The position numbers were made by a program, and so were the translations under genes. The notes beneath the pieces were generated by a model. That model did not search any database. It was not told the origin of the DNA and worked only from the letters and a program-made list of their open reading frames with translations. Below are positions 14,562-28,038 of a stretch of DNA of 64,000 nucleotides, one piece after another. Each line of letters begins with the position of its first letter. The stretch's first letter is position 1. The stretch comes from Lytechinus pictus (Eukaryota), in contig NC_087246.1 of assembly GCF_037042905.1 (NCBI RefSeq), positions 23,064,001 to 23,128,000 of the forward strand, written 5' to 3'.

Positions 14562-14872
14562 TATGAAAAAACTCTTTGTAATGTTACGAAACACTTTACG
14601 AACGACGCTGACATGGAACGCCCAAAGTGCAAACAAAAATTTGAAAATTTTCACAAATTTTCATAGTAGTCCGTATGATATTCCTAAACTGAGAATTACA
14701 TACTCTATAAAAAGAAATAAGAATAACTAGATTCATAACAATACTACAACATATTGCGACTGATGAGTGGGGTCATATTTATCTTAACCATTTTTATTTG
14801 TTGTGTTTTAGAAAAAAAAAATGACTGGAAAATGTGATTACAATTACAATTGAACTCACCCGGCCCTTTCAT

Positions 14873-15021
14873 CAGGGTCCTCTTTCATAAAGACCTTATA
14901 ATAACAAATGCACAATATCTATAACACGTTTCTATCAGCAAATCAAATCGAATGATTTTAGTAGCTTTGAACTGTTATTGCCAATTTGTTGTTTTAACAA
15001 GTTTTATGAAACGGACCCCTG
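14873..15021. mobile_element. Palindromic MITE (PIF/Harbinger-like), GTTTCATAAA family
   Basis: CAGGGTCCTCTTTCATAAA vs TTTATGAAACGGACCCCTG; inner ATAACAAATG...CAA vs TTGCCAATTTGTTGT also inverted. Confidence 0.75.
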
Positions 15022-16300
15022 GTCATTGTTACTTATCTTTGTTTTTGGAATGTATACTTGGATGCTATATATTCTATTCATTCGTTAAATTGTGATTAAC
15101 TTTATGTCCATCTTTAAGAAACACCAATTAGGAATATGGAACTAGCACTCTATCACCTGGGAGTCAAATGTATCTGGTCAATTTAAAAAACGGGTTAATA
15201 TTACATATCGATACATTACAAAATCAAGCTGACTTCATACAAATCAACTTCCATCCATGTCCTATAGCAGGCTGCCACTGTGAATTTCATTTCGTTATTC
15301 CCTAAGATGGAAAATGAGAAGGATGTCTGAAATCTGCTCTCGGCGTCACCAAGACGTTCTATTCCCCGCATCACGCGCTCCCTGAGGGGCACAACGCATC
15401 GATTTTTACCTCTTTGATCCCCCTGGCCTTTAACCCCCGCCACAAAATCTGTTCTGAGTGTGCTCGTTGGAAATTTATGCTTGGGAGCACGTTTTCATTT
15501 ACTTGTTTAGCCTGTAAAATCTTATCATATCGTGACTATTGAAGGTTAAAGTTAAGGAACTGAAACTTCAAATTGAGCGGAAATCTAAGGGAAGATAGTT
15601 CGCTGAGTCGATGTTAAGTGGTAAATTCAAAACCAATTACCCCAAAAGAGTGTTTGACCAATAGTTATGGCGATGGTGTCCAATGTTAAAGTCTGAAATG
15701 AGAGACATTGCGAATTACAACTATAGAACCTTGCAGTAAATGGAAATCGACAATAAAACTATATAATCAAGAATCTTTCTATTAGCTTTTGAATAGCATA
15801 GGTCAGTTTCAAATAGTATGATTAACTAACTTTGAAATGAACGTTGGAGGCAATTTCGCCATACGGATAAGACGGATGGAAAGCTATAGTATCAAAATAT
15901 AGAAATGAGATGTTCAATCAATGAAAAATTGGTATCCAAGGCTCAGGTGATTATGTTCATTGCCATTCGCAGTTGGATTTGAGGATGGGTGGAAGGTCGC
16001 CCTTCGGAAATTTACTCTCAAATCCCACTTCAGATAAATCGAGCATTATCACTGATTTTGGATGACATCCTAAAAAGAGTTGGCACTGATTTATGATTTT
16101 AATGCTTTCCTTAAAAGCTGAACTTCCAGCTATTTCTTCAATATTTATATAATGTAGAACGTATTTACATTTTACTAAAAGAAAACAAAATATAAATACG
16201 CCCTCTCTGATGATGTTAAAATATGAAATATCATACAAAAACAAAAACAAAAATTGTCATTGTTAAAGTAAGGCATTCTTTTATTTTCCGCAGCATATAT

Positions 16301-16350
16301 GGGTGATTTCAAGTCCGATGTTGGCGTTGGTGTTGGAATGTTGATTGTTC
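16301..16350 (+). mobile_element. Truncated left end of the MITE family at 41531/41766
   Basis: GGGTGATTTCAAGTCCGATGTTGGCGTTGGTGTTGGAAT nearly identical to the left ends of those two copies. Confidence 0.75.
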
Positions 16351-16969
16351 TTGGCATAATGAACTGATTTAGTCGCATATTGGTACACACAATAAAATTC
16401 CATGAATTATATATAGTGCTATAGTATGGAACAGCATCGCTTTTTACGCATTGTCAACGAACCATGCACGCGGTGCTCTTCGCTTCAGCAAGCAAGAGGT
16501 AAAATAAAGTGGCCCGAGTTGAGCCGGTACGTGTGATCTCATCATTCCGCTTCATCCCATGTCCAAATTTTGACACAAAACGCATGAACAGACAGATTTG
16601 GATCGTCAATATTGGCTTGAATGATCGCTTAGTGATTTCTTGTTCAGCTCGTTTCTTTTCCAACAGTTCTGTGTTTTTTTTTTATGTTTTGGAGATGCGT
16701 CCACGCAGGTCAAAAATGATGTAACGTAAACTAGTTTGGTTACAAAATCATGTTGATGTCTTTATCATGAATGCGATGACTGATTTCAAAGAATAATAGC
16801 CTTAAAATTCACTGATTGTGGGATGGATCAATTTGCATATTATCGCAGGGACACCATTGGATCATGTAAGCTGCTTTTAATGAGCTATCTAAATCCAATT
16901 TTATAAAAAAAAATAACCGAAACAAGAATTGAAACTTCCTATATAAACTCATATCATGTGTGTATATAT

Positions 16970-17100
16970 AGGACACACGTTGATGCTCGAGTGCTCTTAG
17001 TTACCTTAAAAAGTCCCTCGGAGAGGACCTTAAACCGTCGGCCACATAGTTCCTCATTCACAAAAGCTTTCAGAAATTCTGGACATTTCAATAAATATCA
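16970..17100 (+). mobile_element. Degraded SINE fragment with Deu/Nin-domain-like motif
   Basis: GTCCCTCGGAGAGGACCTTAAACCGTCGGCC resembles, from memory, the DeuSINE core (GTCyTTCGGATGAGACGTTAAACCGAGGyCC); followed by an AATAAAT tail-like end. Confidence 0.4.
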
Positions 17101-17870
17101 TGTCCAACGAAATGATTCCAATCAATGAATCATTACGAAAGGCGTTTACATTATTATCAATGGTAGATGTTAACGTAGTATCCAGTGTGATTCAAGAGAT
17201 GTAAATTTTAGCATCTTTCATCCAATATACTTTTATAGTTTATAATTATAATGATATTTCTCCTATAATGAATTAATCCTTGAATATGAATAATCCTAAG
17301 ATTCATCAAATCTTTATACCGAATAGTATCAATCTCTCAATGTTGATGCTGAAATTGACTTAGTTTTAGTTCCATCGCATTATTACTTGCATACCTTAAA
17401 CCTTAATAAATCGTGTTTAACAAAATCGTTTCTATTTATCTTTGTTAGATATGAAAATATCCTGCTGGGGCCCGGAGATTTGTTAAAACATTGAGATAAA
17501 CAAAATCAAGTCACGAATGGGCTCCTCTGATTGGTTAAAAGAAAAATTACGCTTGATGTTTAAGCTGCTTTAATACAACTCTTACGGACTTCTGTAAAAA
17601 AAAAAAAAAAAAAAAACGAAGCAAACACAAGAAAGGGTAAAGTCTTATAGATTGAAATGATAGGGCTATACATTGAAAAAAAAGAAAAGAAAGTGAAAGC
17701 CAGTTAAATTAAGTTGGAATTATTAATTAAGTTGAATTAATATTTGCGGGATATTAGTTAATCAAATACTCTGTATGCGTCACTTATATTCATTTTACTT
17801 TCATTTTAATCAAAGTGGATCCGATGCCGTCACCTATTATGTTCATATCAATTCTAATAAAGGGGTAATA

Positions 17871-18109
17871 TTACACCAACGAAACACACAGCTAACTGAC
17901 TGAAGGTATGCAGCAATTAAAAAATACCATCTTAGCCTGATTGGCCTTGGACCTGTTGCATAGAGAAGTGCAATCAAAATTAACTTTAAAAATCAAACGC
18001 AATTTGATTTTCAACCAATCAAAAGCACGTATTCAAGACATGCGCTTGATATTGCGTTCAAATGCAACTCTTTCTACAACTCCCCTTGGAGTTGGCTTCG
18101 TTGGTGTAA
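17871..18109. mobile_element. Old MITE (13-bp perfect IR TTACACCAACGAA) interrupted by a nested MITE at ~17950-18085
   Basis: TTACACCAACGAA (17871) / TTCGTTGGTGTAA (18097-18109); inner element with imperfect TIRs GTTGCATAGAGAAGTGCA / TGCAACTCTTTCTACAAC, flanked by TTG on both sides. Confidence 0.6.
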
Positions 18110-20138
18110 ATGCGACACAATACGTTACATTGGAGCTAAAAGACGCGTCTGTGTGTCTGAACCTTATAGAATAAAGACTAATTTCTTTTCCGGTCATGTG
18201 ATCTGCCTCTTTATGGAGTTTTTATTGTACTTAAAAGCATAAGAGGAAACGAGATATTAAAGAATTACGTGTATGTGTGTGGGTCTGAGGAGGAGGGTGG
18301 TTCTGTTTTGAAATTTATAGAGGAAAGGGAGATAGAAAGAGAGAGGGGGGAGAGGCGTGTGTGTCTATGTGATAGAAAAAAAAGAATATAGATAATAAAA
18401 GAAAAGCAATATACACAAGTTTTCCTTAAAATTTGAGATGAAATAACGAACTCATCAGGCTCATGGTAAAGTGTGGCATCGTTTGAGTGAAAATTGATAT
18501 GAGCAGGCTGATGATGGAATTTCCATCTTTGTCTTTCGTATTTTATCACATGAAATTACTTTCTGATCCATGAATGTACTTGTTTAATGTGTAAGTACAT
18601 AATTGCTGTAATTCATTTCGTAACGAGGTGAAATATTTTGTATGACAAATGGGGAAAGGACACTGATCAATGATTGCATTTGTTCCATCATGGCATATTC
18701 TTGATGTAGGCCTTATTCGTTAAAACTTTTCCACCGAAATGATGAAAAACATAAAAATACAAAAACTTCGTTATTTTATCCCATTTTGATTATTGTTACT
18801 TTTCGGTGGGTACTTCTTTAATTGTACTAAAACAATCATATCATTTCAGTCTTGAGTCACCCTTTTCAACACGAACACACTGTCTAATTAAAACATACAT
18901 GCTCAATCAATGTTAAGCATGTTCAAAACAAGTAATATTTTCACCGCCCGTTGAATAACCTAGTATATGGGCCCTGTCCTTCGTTCTTCATTGTTGATCA
19001 ACATTGAGGACAGCAGGATATAATAACAACCATTATCATAACCATCCCTGTATAGACATACACCATCATGCTGCAAATCAGACAATTTGTGTACGATAAT
19101 GTTTATGATTGGAGAGTCAATTAGCCATGAGATGTCTAAAATGGAAAGCCATTCTCGAGCAAATTGGATATTATAAGGTGAATGTACCTGCAAGCATGCC
19201 AATTTGAGGGGTTAAAGGATGCGTTCAATGTAACATTGGACTCTGTTATTGAAGTGTTATGCTTCGCTAGGCTAAATGATTCGACCTGCTTGACGGGAAA
19301 TTGCAGGGTTGGAAAATGTGCACGCGCTTGAACAATAATATGTGGGCAATGTTTCTAAATATACATCGTAAACCCTGGATTCCAATAATTCTAGGCATAA
19401 TGGCAGAGAGAACGTTTGTTTAGATCTATTTTTTTTCTTCAATATTTTACCTGTGAGCCTATACTTCTGAATAAGACACTTTCACGTACCTTGTAATGCC
19501 GACTACACGCTGTCAATTATATTTGTGTTATTGTATATCATATTCAACATACCGGTATTTTGTCCCATATATCATTTCATACACAAAGGGAATGCACACC
19601 TGCGCTCACACGTTTAGGTAGACTGTGGCAAGCCGTTTTGTTAATTCTAGTTAAACAAGGAAGAATTTTCATGACTATTGTTAACATAATGCAATTATTG
19701 TTATTAGGAATTTGGATTAAAGGACAAAACGACTGACCAAGAAATTACAGTACGTCATGGCTAAAAAGCACAGGTGAGTGTTCTAAATAGTATTCCATAT
19801 CAGTCTGTTTTCTTCAAATGAGCATATTAAGGAGGCATATTTTATTTACATCAGCTGAAAATAAAGAAAATGTGTTGGAAATTGGTACACTTATAAAGAT
19901 TAAATGAAATGGACGACTGTTCAGTGCACACTTTCTAGCACTTTTCAGAAAGGGATGGATAGTGTTCCAGCGGCTTACATGTAATGCCCCCACCCTCCCC
20001 AACCTTCCATTTCACCCCTTCATCGAGAATGAGCTGGTTGGACTGTCAAATTCCACTACTCTGTTCGTGTTTCGCCCTGGTGAGTTTTCCTTCTCAATTA
20101 CGCCTTCTCCAACAGATTGATAACGCTCGTTAGATGAG

Positions 20139-20146
20139 TGACGTCA
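20139..20146. promoter_or_regulatory. Full CRE palindrome TGACGTCA in a CpG-richer unique block
   Basis: Motif seen directly; function is inference only. Confidence 0.25.
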
Positions 20147-22349
20147 GACGCCGTTCCCTGTTAGAACAGCGGTCTGGAACTTATGAGGAAAGATGCCGTT
20201 GTACCCTATTTTTATATCACTTTTAATATCTCCCTATCAGCCGAGACAGGGTGATGTAAATCACGGAATGGGTGTTTTTAATCTAGAGTCCGGAGATTGG
20301 TATTCGGTGGTCATGGTGGTAGAGCCATTATATGTATAGGACAGAACATTGTAGACCATCGTTAGAATAATGGGTACTGCATAATAATTACAACCATGAT
20401 GAAATGTGGAATGTGCAGTGTTCAACATGATACACACACAGAAGATAATATGGAAAGTAGAGAGAGAGGGAGGGAGGGGGAGGGAGGGGGAGGGAGACCC
20501 AACACCTCCTAAACAACCTGAATGAAATGGTGAGATGTAAAATATGAAGTATGGCTCATTTGGATGTCATTTTGCATCCATTGACACATTTTCTTAAGTT
20601 TCTTATTGAGCAAAGCGAGCAAGCTAAAAATCAATTAATTTCATACAATTGTTTCATTTTGTTACAGGTGAAGTGTTTAAAAAGGGTGGATTCGCCCAGA
20701 TATAAATCTGATGAATGCTTTAATGTTGGAAAATGCAATGGAATTATTAAGGTCGAACAAAAAATATTACATTTGCAAAGTTTCGCTTGGGCAGACGCAC
20801 CACAAAATGCACAGCCCAAAATCAACTCGCCAGTGATCATAAGAAAACAAAGAAAGTTCTACGAACAAATTTTATTAAAAAAGAAACAAAATATTTTTTC
20901 TCATTTAATCATCAATTTCTCACCGGTGCTTTAATATCTACCGCATGAATGCTGCCGAATTCAATTCCTTTGTTCTTGTTCCTTTGTTCTTTATTCGATT
21001 TCCCAGTCCACCTGAATAATAAATCATATATTCAAAACACAAACACCGCGCCACGCCTTTCATAAAATAGCGACACGAACACGCCGTCCTTATACCGAGA
21101 TTGTAAATTAATATCTGCGAACAAAAAAAAACTCATTCACTTCACGAATTTACAATCTTGTACCCGCATTGTATAGGAGCAAATTTTGCCGCTCATTTAG
21201 CTCGCAATGCGGGGTCAATACCCTTACGAGAAAGGTGGTATTCCGTAGCCGACATCTCAATGACACATCCCACATTTCAAGAATATTATTACACAGCTTC
21301 GATCCCAAGAATTTGTTGGATGAAATTATCACGAAACCCGGGTTCCATTTCGATTTTCTAAAGTGGGTTTTTCTGCTGCACGGTGTTGCGTGATCGATCT
21401 AACTTTTCCTTACACTCCTACGCATTTTCTTGGTTATGATCATATACACTGTGAGGAGGGTGATATTTTGTCAACGGTTTAGTTCATGAAAAATCATTAA
21501 CGTCCTTCGGCAGACACCAGACAGTGATTCAAATCTGGTAGGACGATTGTTCCTCACCTTCTTTTTCGATTTTCCTTTGCCCTTTGTATAAGGAATGCTT
21601 TCTCATCATATAAGATGCGCGAATTTCAGCAGTTTTTGACAGTAATTGTCATTGGCATTCATTTGATAGAAATAGCTCCAAATGCTTCCCATACCTGTTT
21701 TTACATAGAAATGCAAGGTGGTTCCCTACTCTTTTTTGTTTTTAACGTACGATGCGTCAAAGTTTGATGTATAAAGATTAAAGAGGAAAACATTTCAAGA
21801 GGCTGGATTTTGGACAAAATTCCAATATTTCGGAAATTTAGCGAGCGAAGGAAAACAAGTTAGCAAAAATCCCCATTTATATTATCAAATTCAATATGTA
21901 TCATTAGTGGTGCCATAGCTCTGGCTTTTTAAGATTATTAAATTTGATAATTACCAATGTTTCGTGTCGAAAATAATAATGCAGTAATTCAACACAATTA
22001 TATATATATATATATATAAAAGGTACTACAACAGCCTTCCAACCCCCAAGTGCTCCAATGCTATGGAACGAAATTAATGATGTTGGCTATGATTATATTG
22101 TTCAACCAAAAACTGCATTGTAAACATGCAGTTTATTGTACATAAAATACAGAAGAAAAGTGACCGCAGAACGACATATTCTGTGTCTTTCTGTTAAATT
22201 TAATGTATGCAGTCACACCAATAAAAAACAACTCCGAACCGATCGACGGTCATTGAAAATAAAATAGTAGTTTTGATCAGTCAGGACTCAGGAGGTTGTT
22301 TTTGTCGATGTGACTGGGTATTCGGGAAGCTCTATGCAATGCATCCAAG

Positions 22350-22516
22350 CACTGGCGGATCCACGGGAGGGGGGGGGGGGCACATTCGCCCGTGTGCACC
22401 CCCCCCCCCTTTGAGAGCCTGAATCATAATTTTAATTGGAATATATCGCTCATACAGTGGACCTTTTTATTTTGGCTTGTCAATTTTTTTTTTCGGGAAA
22501 TGTCCTGGATCCGATC
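22350..22516. mobile_element. Degenerate CAgTGGCGGATCC-type MITE with G/C runs
   Basis: Starts CACTGGCGGATCCACGGGAG + poly-G + GCAC...GTGCACCCCCC; ends CCTGGATCCG. Similar end fragments at ~24421, ~26750, ~53190 and ~58490. Confidence 0.5.
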
Positions 22517-24070
22517 GAGTTCATTCTGCATGTATCCAGCTGGGCAGGAAAAGTTTCAAGTGTTTGGTTCAATTTCAGAAGGCGAGGGTGTACCAATCAC
22601 TTAATTCAAACATGTTTTCATTTTCAGCTTGAGCCTCTATAAAGATGATATTTTAATTCAGTCTCTAGGTCCTACACGGTTTCCAGGAAATGTGTTAAAA
22701 GGTTAAATACATTGGAATTGTTAATCCCAGCGAGAACTGTACGCGAATGTTGGTCACAGTAATAGATTAAATATTATTCAGCAATTTAACAAGAGCAATC
22801 GGGAGAGTATATGAAATAGATCTCAATCCATGTGCTACACTTAATAAAAAAAGGGTATATCATGAAAAGAAAACCAATTCTCTTGTCATATACATATTTT
22901 TCCCCAATGCTATCATATCAAGAAACTCCCTTCATCGATAAACTTCACAGTTCTTGACAGCAAAATAACAAAACTATCTTGACAGAATTTGATGACTTGT
23001 TCTGTTCTGTTATCAGCAAGTTTTGGACGGCTAGTTAGGGAAGTTTAGTTGACCTTTGACCTTTTGGGGTTTTTTCCCAGATTTTTTTACGAGAAAATGC
23101 TTCCGAGAATGGTGACTTTTTATTGTCAGAAATTTTTTCCCATCCTGACGAAGCTTCCCTGGTACACGACAGGCCAGATGGATGGAAAAAACGGCGTGTG
23201 TCATTACAAGTTGACTAAACGAACGAGTGGAAAATAATAGGCCTATCTTTTTTTTCTATGTGATTTATCATTTCTGATTTGAGATGAAATTGACCGTCAA
23301 GAAAAATGGCATGCATTTGTCATCATTTTAGTTAGCACTAAAAAAAAACTCGTGTACGAGATGGAAAGTTCGTGGCATAAAATGAACTTCAACAGCACTT
23401 GCAGAATAAGGTCAGTCATCAGTGTCATTTGTTAGCGTGTGACATATGGTCTGGTGTATGATAATGAACTTATATATCTAAAATGAACGTGATCTAGTTT
23501 TAGCTAAATATTTTCACTGTGACAAATAAACAAATTGAGAAGGTTTTAAGATGTTGGTCATGCACTTAAGCCTCCATTACGCTCTCGAAACCGAAAACAA
23601 CATGGATAAAAAATGGGTCATCGCAATTTTTGCGAGACATTGTTTTGATGACTTTATTAATGTCGTTCTACTATAAATTGAAAAAGGAAGTATTTACGTT
23701 TAGGTTTAATTTATCATGTGGATATTGTCTAAATTGAGACCGAGACGTTGTGATTAATTTGAATTACTTTCGGTTGTAGAACTGCATTGGCGATTGTTGA
23801 CATTAAACCACCAGAAAGTCAGTCTAAGGTTTAACTTTCATCAGACACAGACAAAGGTTTCGCATGCATAAAATCACAAAAATAGGCGTGTATATGTGTT
23901 TGTTGGGGGTCCTAAAATTGTTCTTAAATTCGACTAAGGCCTATAACCATGAAATGGATGACAGAAAGATCTATATTTTAAAAAATACTTTTAAAAATAA
24001 ACGCTCACCTTAAAATGTAAAACATTAAACATTCTAGAAATCGATAATCATTTATTTCGACATCTAGACG

Positions 24071-24110
24071 TTTTTTTTTTTTTTTTTTTTTTTTTTTTTG
24101 GGGGGGGGGG
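24071..24110. repeat. T29 immediately followed by G11 homopolymer
   Basis: Directly visible. Confidence 0.95.
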
Positions 24111-24267
24111 AAGTGGGGGGTGTGTGGTTCATTACTCTATATTTCTGTCCTGAACATGATTGTTGTACCTACCATTGCGGCCAGACTTTGTATTTTAAAA
24201 TCAGGAGCACGTTCAACATGTTCGATATACATGAACATGTAATCCTATATGGGGTCGTGTATTCCGA

Positions 24268-24318
24268 GTATCCCGAGATAGTCCACATACTAAGAGTATG
24301 TAGACTATCTCGGGATAC
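24268..24318. repeat. Near-perfect hairpin: 24-bp stem (1 mismatch), 3-nt loop
   Basis: GTATCCCGAGATAGTCCACATACT-AAG-AGTATGTAGACTATCTCGGGATAC. Confidence 0.9.
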
Positions 24319-25894
24319 ATTGGCTTTTAGTGCACGTGCCCCTTAATGCAGTGTATTCATCCCAAGATGTCTTACTCAGATAGAGCGGCGTATAACGAGG
24401 AGAGGCACATTGGTCCAATCCAGTGGCGTACTTTGAAAAGTCATGGGGGGATGGGCAAAAATTTCTGACAAAATGAGGTCAAAGGTCACCGTAAATTCTG
24501 TCAGCACTTTCCTGTCTAAGAATTACGACAATAAAAAAGAAAAGGTCATTCAAATTTTGCAAGATTTTACTCTTCCCCGCTGCCCCCCCCCCATTCGGGT
24601 GCATTAGTGGTACAAACTTAAACATAGAAAATGGTAAAATAAGAGAGAGAAGTGGAGGAAAAAGGGAATACGAAACCGTTAACTCCTTCCTTAATAAAGC
24701 TTAACAAGATCTGTTGATTTGGTCATATATTTATCAGAGTTTAAAAAGACATGTATGTCATTGCTCTTATGTAACCATACATTTAGTTAAACAAAACACC
24801 CAACGGTTTAGTTGCATTTTCAAAAATGCATTTTTAGTTTGCTGCACCTCTCCCTAGTTTTACCATCGTACTATGTTCGTATGTGAGGCATGTGATTGCA
24901 TCCATGTCCCACTGTAGATGAGTACATTCTACCCTCTAATGTTACTGATTTATAGAGTAGATCCAGGTTCTTTTTTACAAACTCATGTGCTTATCTGTCT
25001 ACTCCTCTTAAACCTGAACAGAGTCCCAGGCAAGTCTAATTGGAACAGGATTGATTTACCTCTGATGAACGAACTCTTGTCACAATCACTAATAGTGGTT
25101 GTAATTCTCTTGCAGGATTTTAAAAACTTTTCAAAGGACCGCCAGTTTGGCAGAGAAGAAAATTCAGATAGATTAAAATCATTAAACAGGTGCCCATGTC
25201 GCGTGTCGGAAATATATCTGTAATTAACCTGTCTCTTTTGATTGAATTGATAGTCATTATTATTTGATATATAATTTTTTTTATCAAAATGCCTTTTTCC
25301 CCGGAGGATGGGGGTTGGTACAGCTTACCTTTCCCTTCATCGTTCTCCTTCTTTTCTTTCTACGGAATACATTGAATCGACGTCACATGGATTGATAATC
25401 CTAATACCCAATTAAAACTTTTTTTATTAATTGATCAATAGGGCCATTTGATTATAAAGTTACGAGACCCAAATGTTTTTGACAACATCACTTCTTTTCT
25501 CTCTTTTTTCTTCCTCTTTTTGTTCTTTCCATTAAATACTTGAAAATTGTAGGGTGTGTTTGCCCTACCCTCCTTGTGTCACCGCCCCTTTAGGATCACC
25601 CCACACAACAGTATTATTCAGCTATTGCAACCTTGACAGAATGTGGATATGGATCATAAGAACATCCAGTGATAACACCACTCAATCAATGTGGTCTAAA
25701 CTGACATACCAAATTAGATTGCCTCTTCATTTCAGCTTAAAGAGAGATGGGTCGGTGCAGGGTATAAAGTTTTCATATCAACTTCCAATTAAAAAGGACT
25801 TATGAGCCATACTATCCGTGGCATATTTAACCTTCAAGTATGGAGTTTGTGTGGGGGTGGTTGGTGGTGGTGTCCTTGTTCATTGCAATCCATA

Positions 25895-26081
25895 CACACT
25901 TGAAATGTTGGACAACGTATACTGTCCACTGTATTGGGTAATGTATGTTGGTTCTGGGCAATTATCATCCAATTGAGCGTTTTAGTACCCAATTGGACAG
26001 ATTTTAACCAATAGTTGTGTGGACAGTATGTTGCCCAGGGTTGGTTAAAAGTTGGGCATTTTTGCCCAACTATTTTAAGTG
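25895..26081. mobile_element. MITE with CAC...GTG ends, distantly related to family A
   Basis: CACTTGAAATGTTGGACAAC vs TTGCCCAACTATTTTAAGTG; internal inverted ATACTGTCCAC / GTGGACAGTAT; TA flanks. Confidence 0.65.
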
Positions 26082-26513
26082 TACAGTTCGCTTTTAAATA
26101 GATTAACCACAAAAAATTGTAATATGAAAAAATACAGATTTTTTGCTTTTGAATGTAAATTTCACTTATCCTTTTCTCTTTAAAATGTGTTACAGTTATA
26201 CTTTTGATGCTGACTATCGACTATTTATGAGATAATAAGCAACCTATTTTTTTGCACTTTGAAAACTGTGTTTATGCTCATAAATTCGACAAACCGCTAA
26301 AAATATAAGACGGCCATAAGGCAAGTAAACTAGATTGGAGGAGGGAGGGGGCACATGTTCTATTATTGCCCCTTAGTTGTACAGAAAATCATATTGTAGC
26401 AATTTCCTTTACGTTTGGATCCACTTTTGGAGGTGAGAATTACAATATGGCCTTCTGTGGAGTGATGACCTTTTTATTTTTACAGAACACTTTCATCAGT
26501 TGGGGATGATTAA

Positions 26514-26692
26514 TTAAATATATTTTAAGCTTCGACCAACCTTTAATTTACATGGGAGAAATATACGGAGATACAGACCACCACAGGCAGCAAACTTTGT
26601 GACTAATCAATTGGCTTGAGAAAGTCCATAGGAGTGGACGAAAGCTCGCCCCATATAAATTAAAGGTTGGTTGAAGCTTAAAATTTATTTAA
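26514..26692. mobile_element. MITE with ~43-bp TIRs bounded by TTAA
   Basis: TTAAATATATTTTAAGCTTCGACCAACCTTTAATTTACATGGG vs reverse complement of the right end, TTAAATAAATTTTAAGCTTCAACCAACCTTTAATTTATATGGG (3 mismatches). Confidence 0.85.
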
Positions 26693-27805
26693 CTTTCTAT
26701 TTTTGTTTCTAAACCAAAGTCGCCAAACAGAACAAAAGTGCCCCCACACCCTGGATCCACTCCTGTCATTCATGTAAACTATCACTTTCACTATCATACA
26801 TTTTAACTATTCTTATAACACACACAATTGGAAGCAAATTTTATCATCTCATCTAAAAAAAAACAGTATCATCAACAGGGTCAATTTGGCCCTTCTGTGC
26901 ATCCTTCAAGAAACATTAGACAAATGCATTAGGCAAAAATCTATTCTAAGGCAATAAAGTATAGATAGTCATATGCAAGCACATGGACCAGATGCTGATG
27001 TTTCCGCGGCGAAATAGGTTATTGGGCGACTCACGGACCCTGGATCAACTCCTTCCGGAGAATGTCCGGCGAACGTGATAAAGGAAGACTATAGCGTATA
27101 CATCGCTGAGATGTAGAGAAGAAAACAACATACGACATTTAATCTTCCTCTCAATTACTACACTAACTGCATGGTATAAGGCAAGCACGTATAGTATAGT
27201 TCTCCTTTCTCTTTTTTGTTTTCTTATTCGTAGCAAAGTGCGTCATTACATTGTCTCATGACCCGCGTTTTATTCCCATTTTTCTGTGGCTGAGGGGGCA
27301 CAAAGGGCTTTCCAAGATCTAAATAATTTTCTTTCTCATTTTATAAAAAAATGTTATACAGTCAGAAAAAACAAAACCATTAGCGGGATCTGGCAGGATT
27401 TATATGTGCCGCGGGTTTTGATAATGTGTTATGACAATGACCAATAACCCCGTTCCCTTTCTTTCATCGAGATAAATAGAAAGGTATATAATACATATCG
27501 TAAAAAAGACAGAAAGAGAGGTAGATGTATCACTAGATAGATGGATAATTAATAGATAGTGAGGTAGAGGTTGCGGTCATCTCAAAACATCGACTAGTGT
27601 TTTTGGACACCGTATTTTTTTTATCTATATCTTAGATCGATGGTGCATACGTATTTCCCTGACACGGTCAAACACGAAACCATTATCATTTTGAAAAGAT
27701 GATAAAAAAGTACTTGACACACCAAAGTTAGCCGGAGACATTTTGTTGATTCTTTGATGGTGTTTCAATGGGGGTGATTATCAGAATGATACCAGCTTTC
27801 TTAAA

Positions 27806-28038
27806 CAGGTGGGTGTTTCATAAAGCTGTTCGTAAGTTAAAAGCAACTTTAAGAACGACTGGCGATCCTTTCTTAGGTAAATGTTGTACACCTAAATCAA
27901 AAAAAGATACATACTAATTAGTATATACATCTCTATGACCTAAATGTTCACTGGCAATGGTTTAGCGCATAAGAAAGGTTCACAAGTCGATCTCAAAGTC
28001 GCTCTTACTTACGAAAAGATTTTTGAAACACCCACCTG
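27806..28038. mobile_element. Palindromic MITE (PIF/Harbinger-like), ~70-bp imperfect TIRs
   Basis: CAGGTGGGTGTTTCATAAAGCTGTTCGTAAGT...CCTTTCTTA vs TAAGAAAGG...ACTTACGAAAAGATTTTTGAAACACCCACCTG. Confidence 0.85.

Noticed and set aside
18960-19202. Penelope-like reverse transcriptase motif (VCLYRDG resembling GLYRDDG)
   Set aside because: Lacks the second Asp and has no other RT motifs nearby; compatible with chance.
27560-27577. let-7-like sequence TGAGGTAGAGGTTG
   Set aside because: Only the seed region matches, the 3' half diverges and there is no hairpin.
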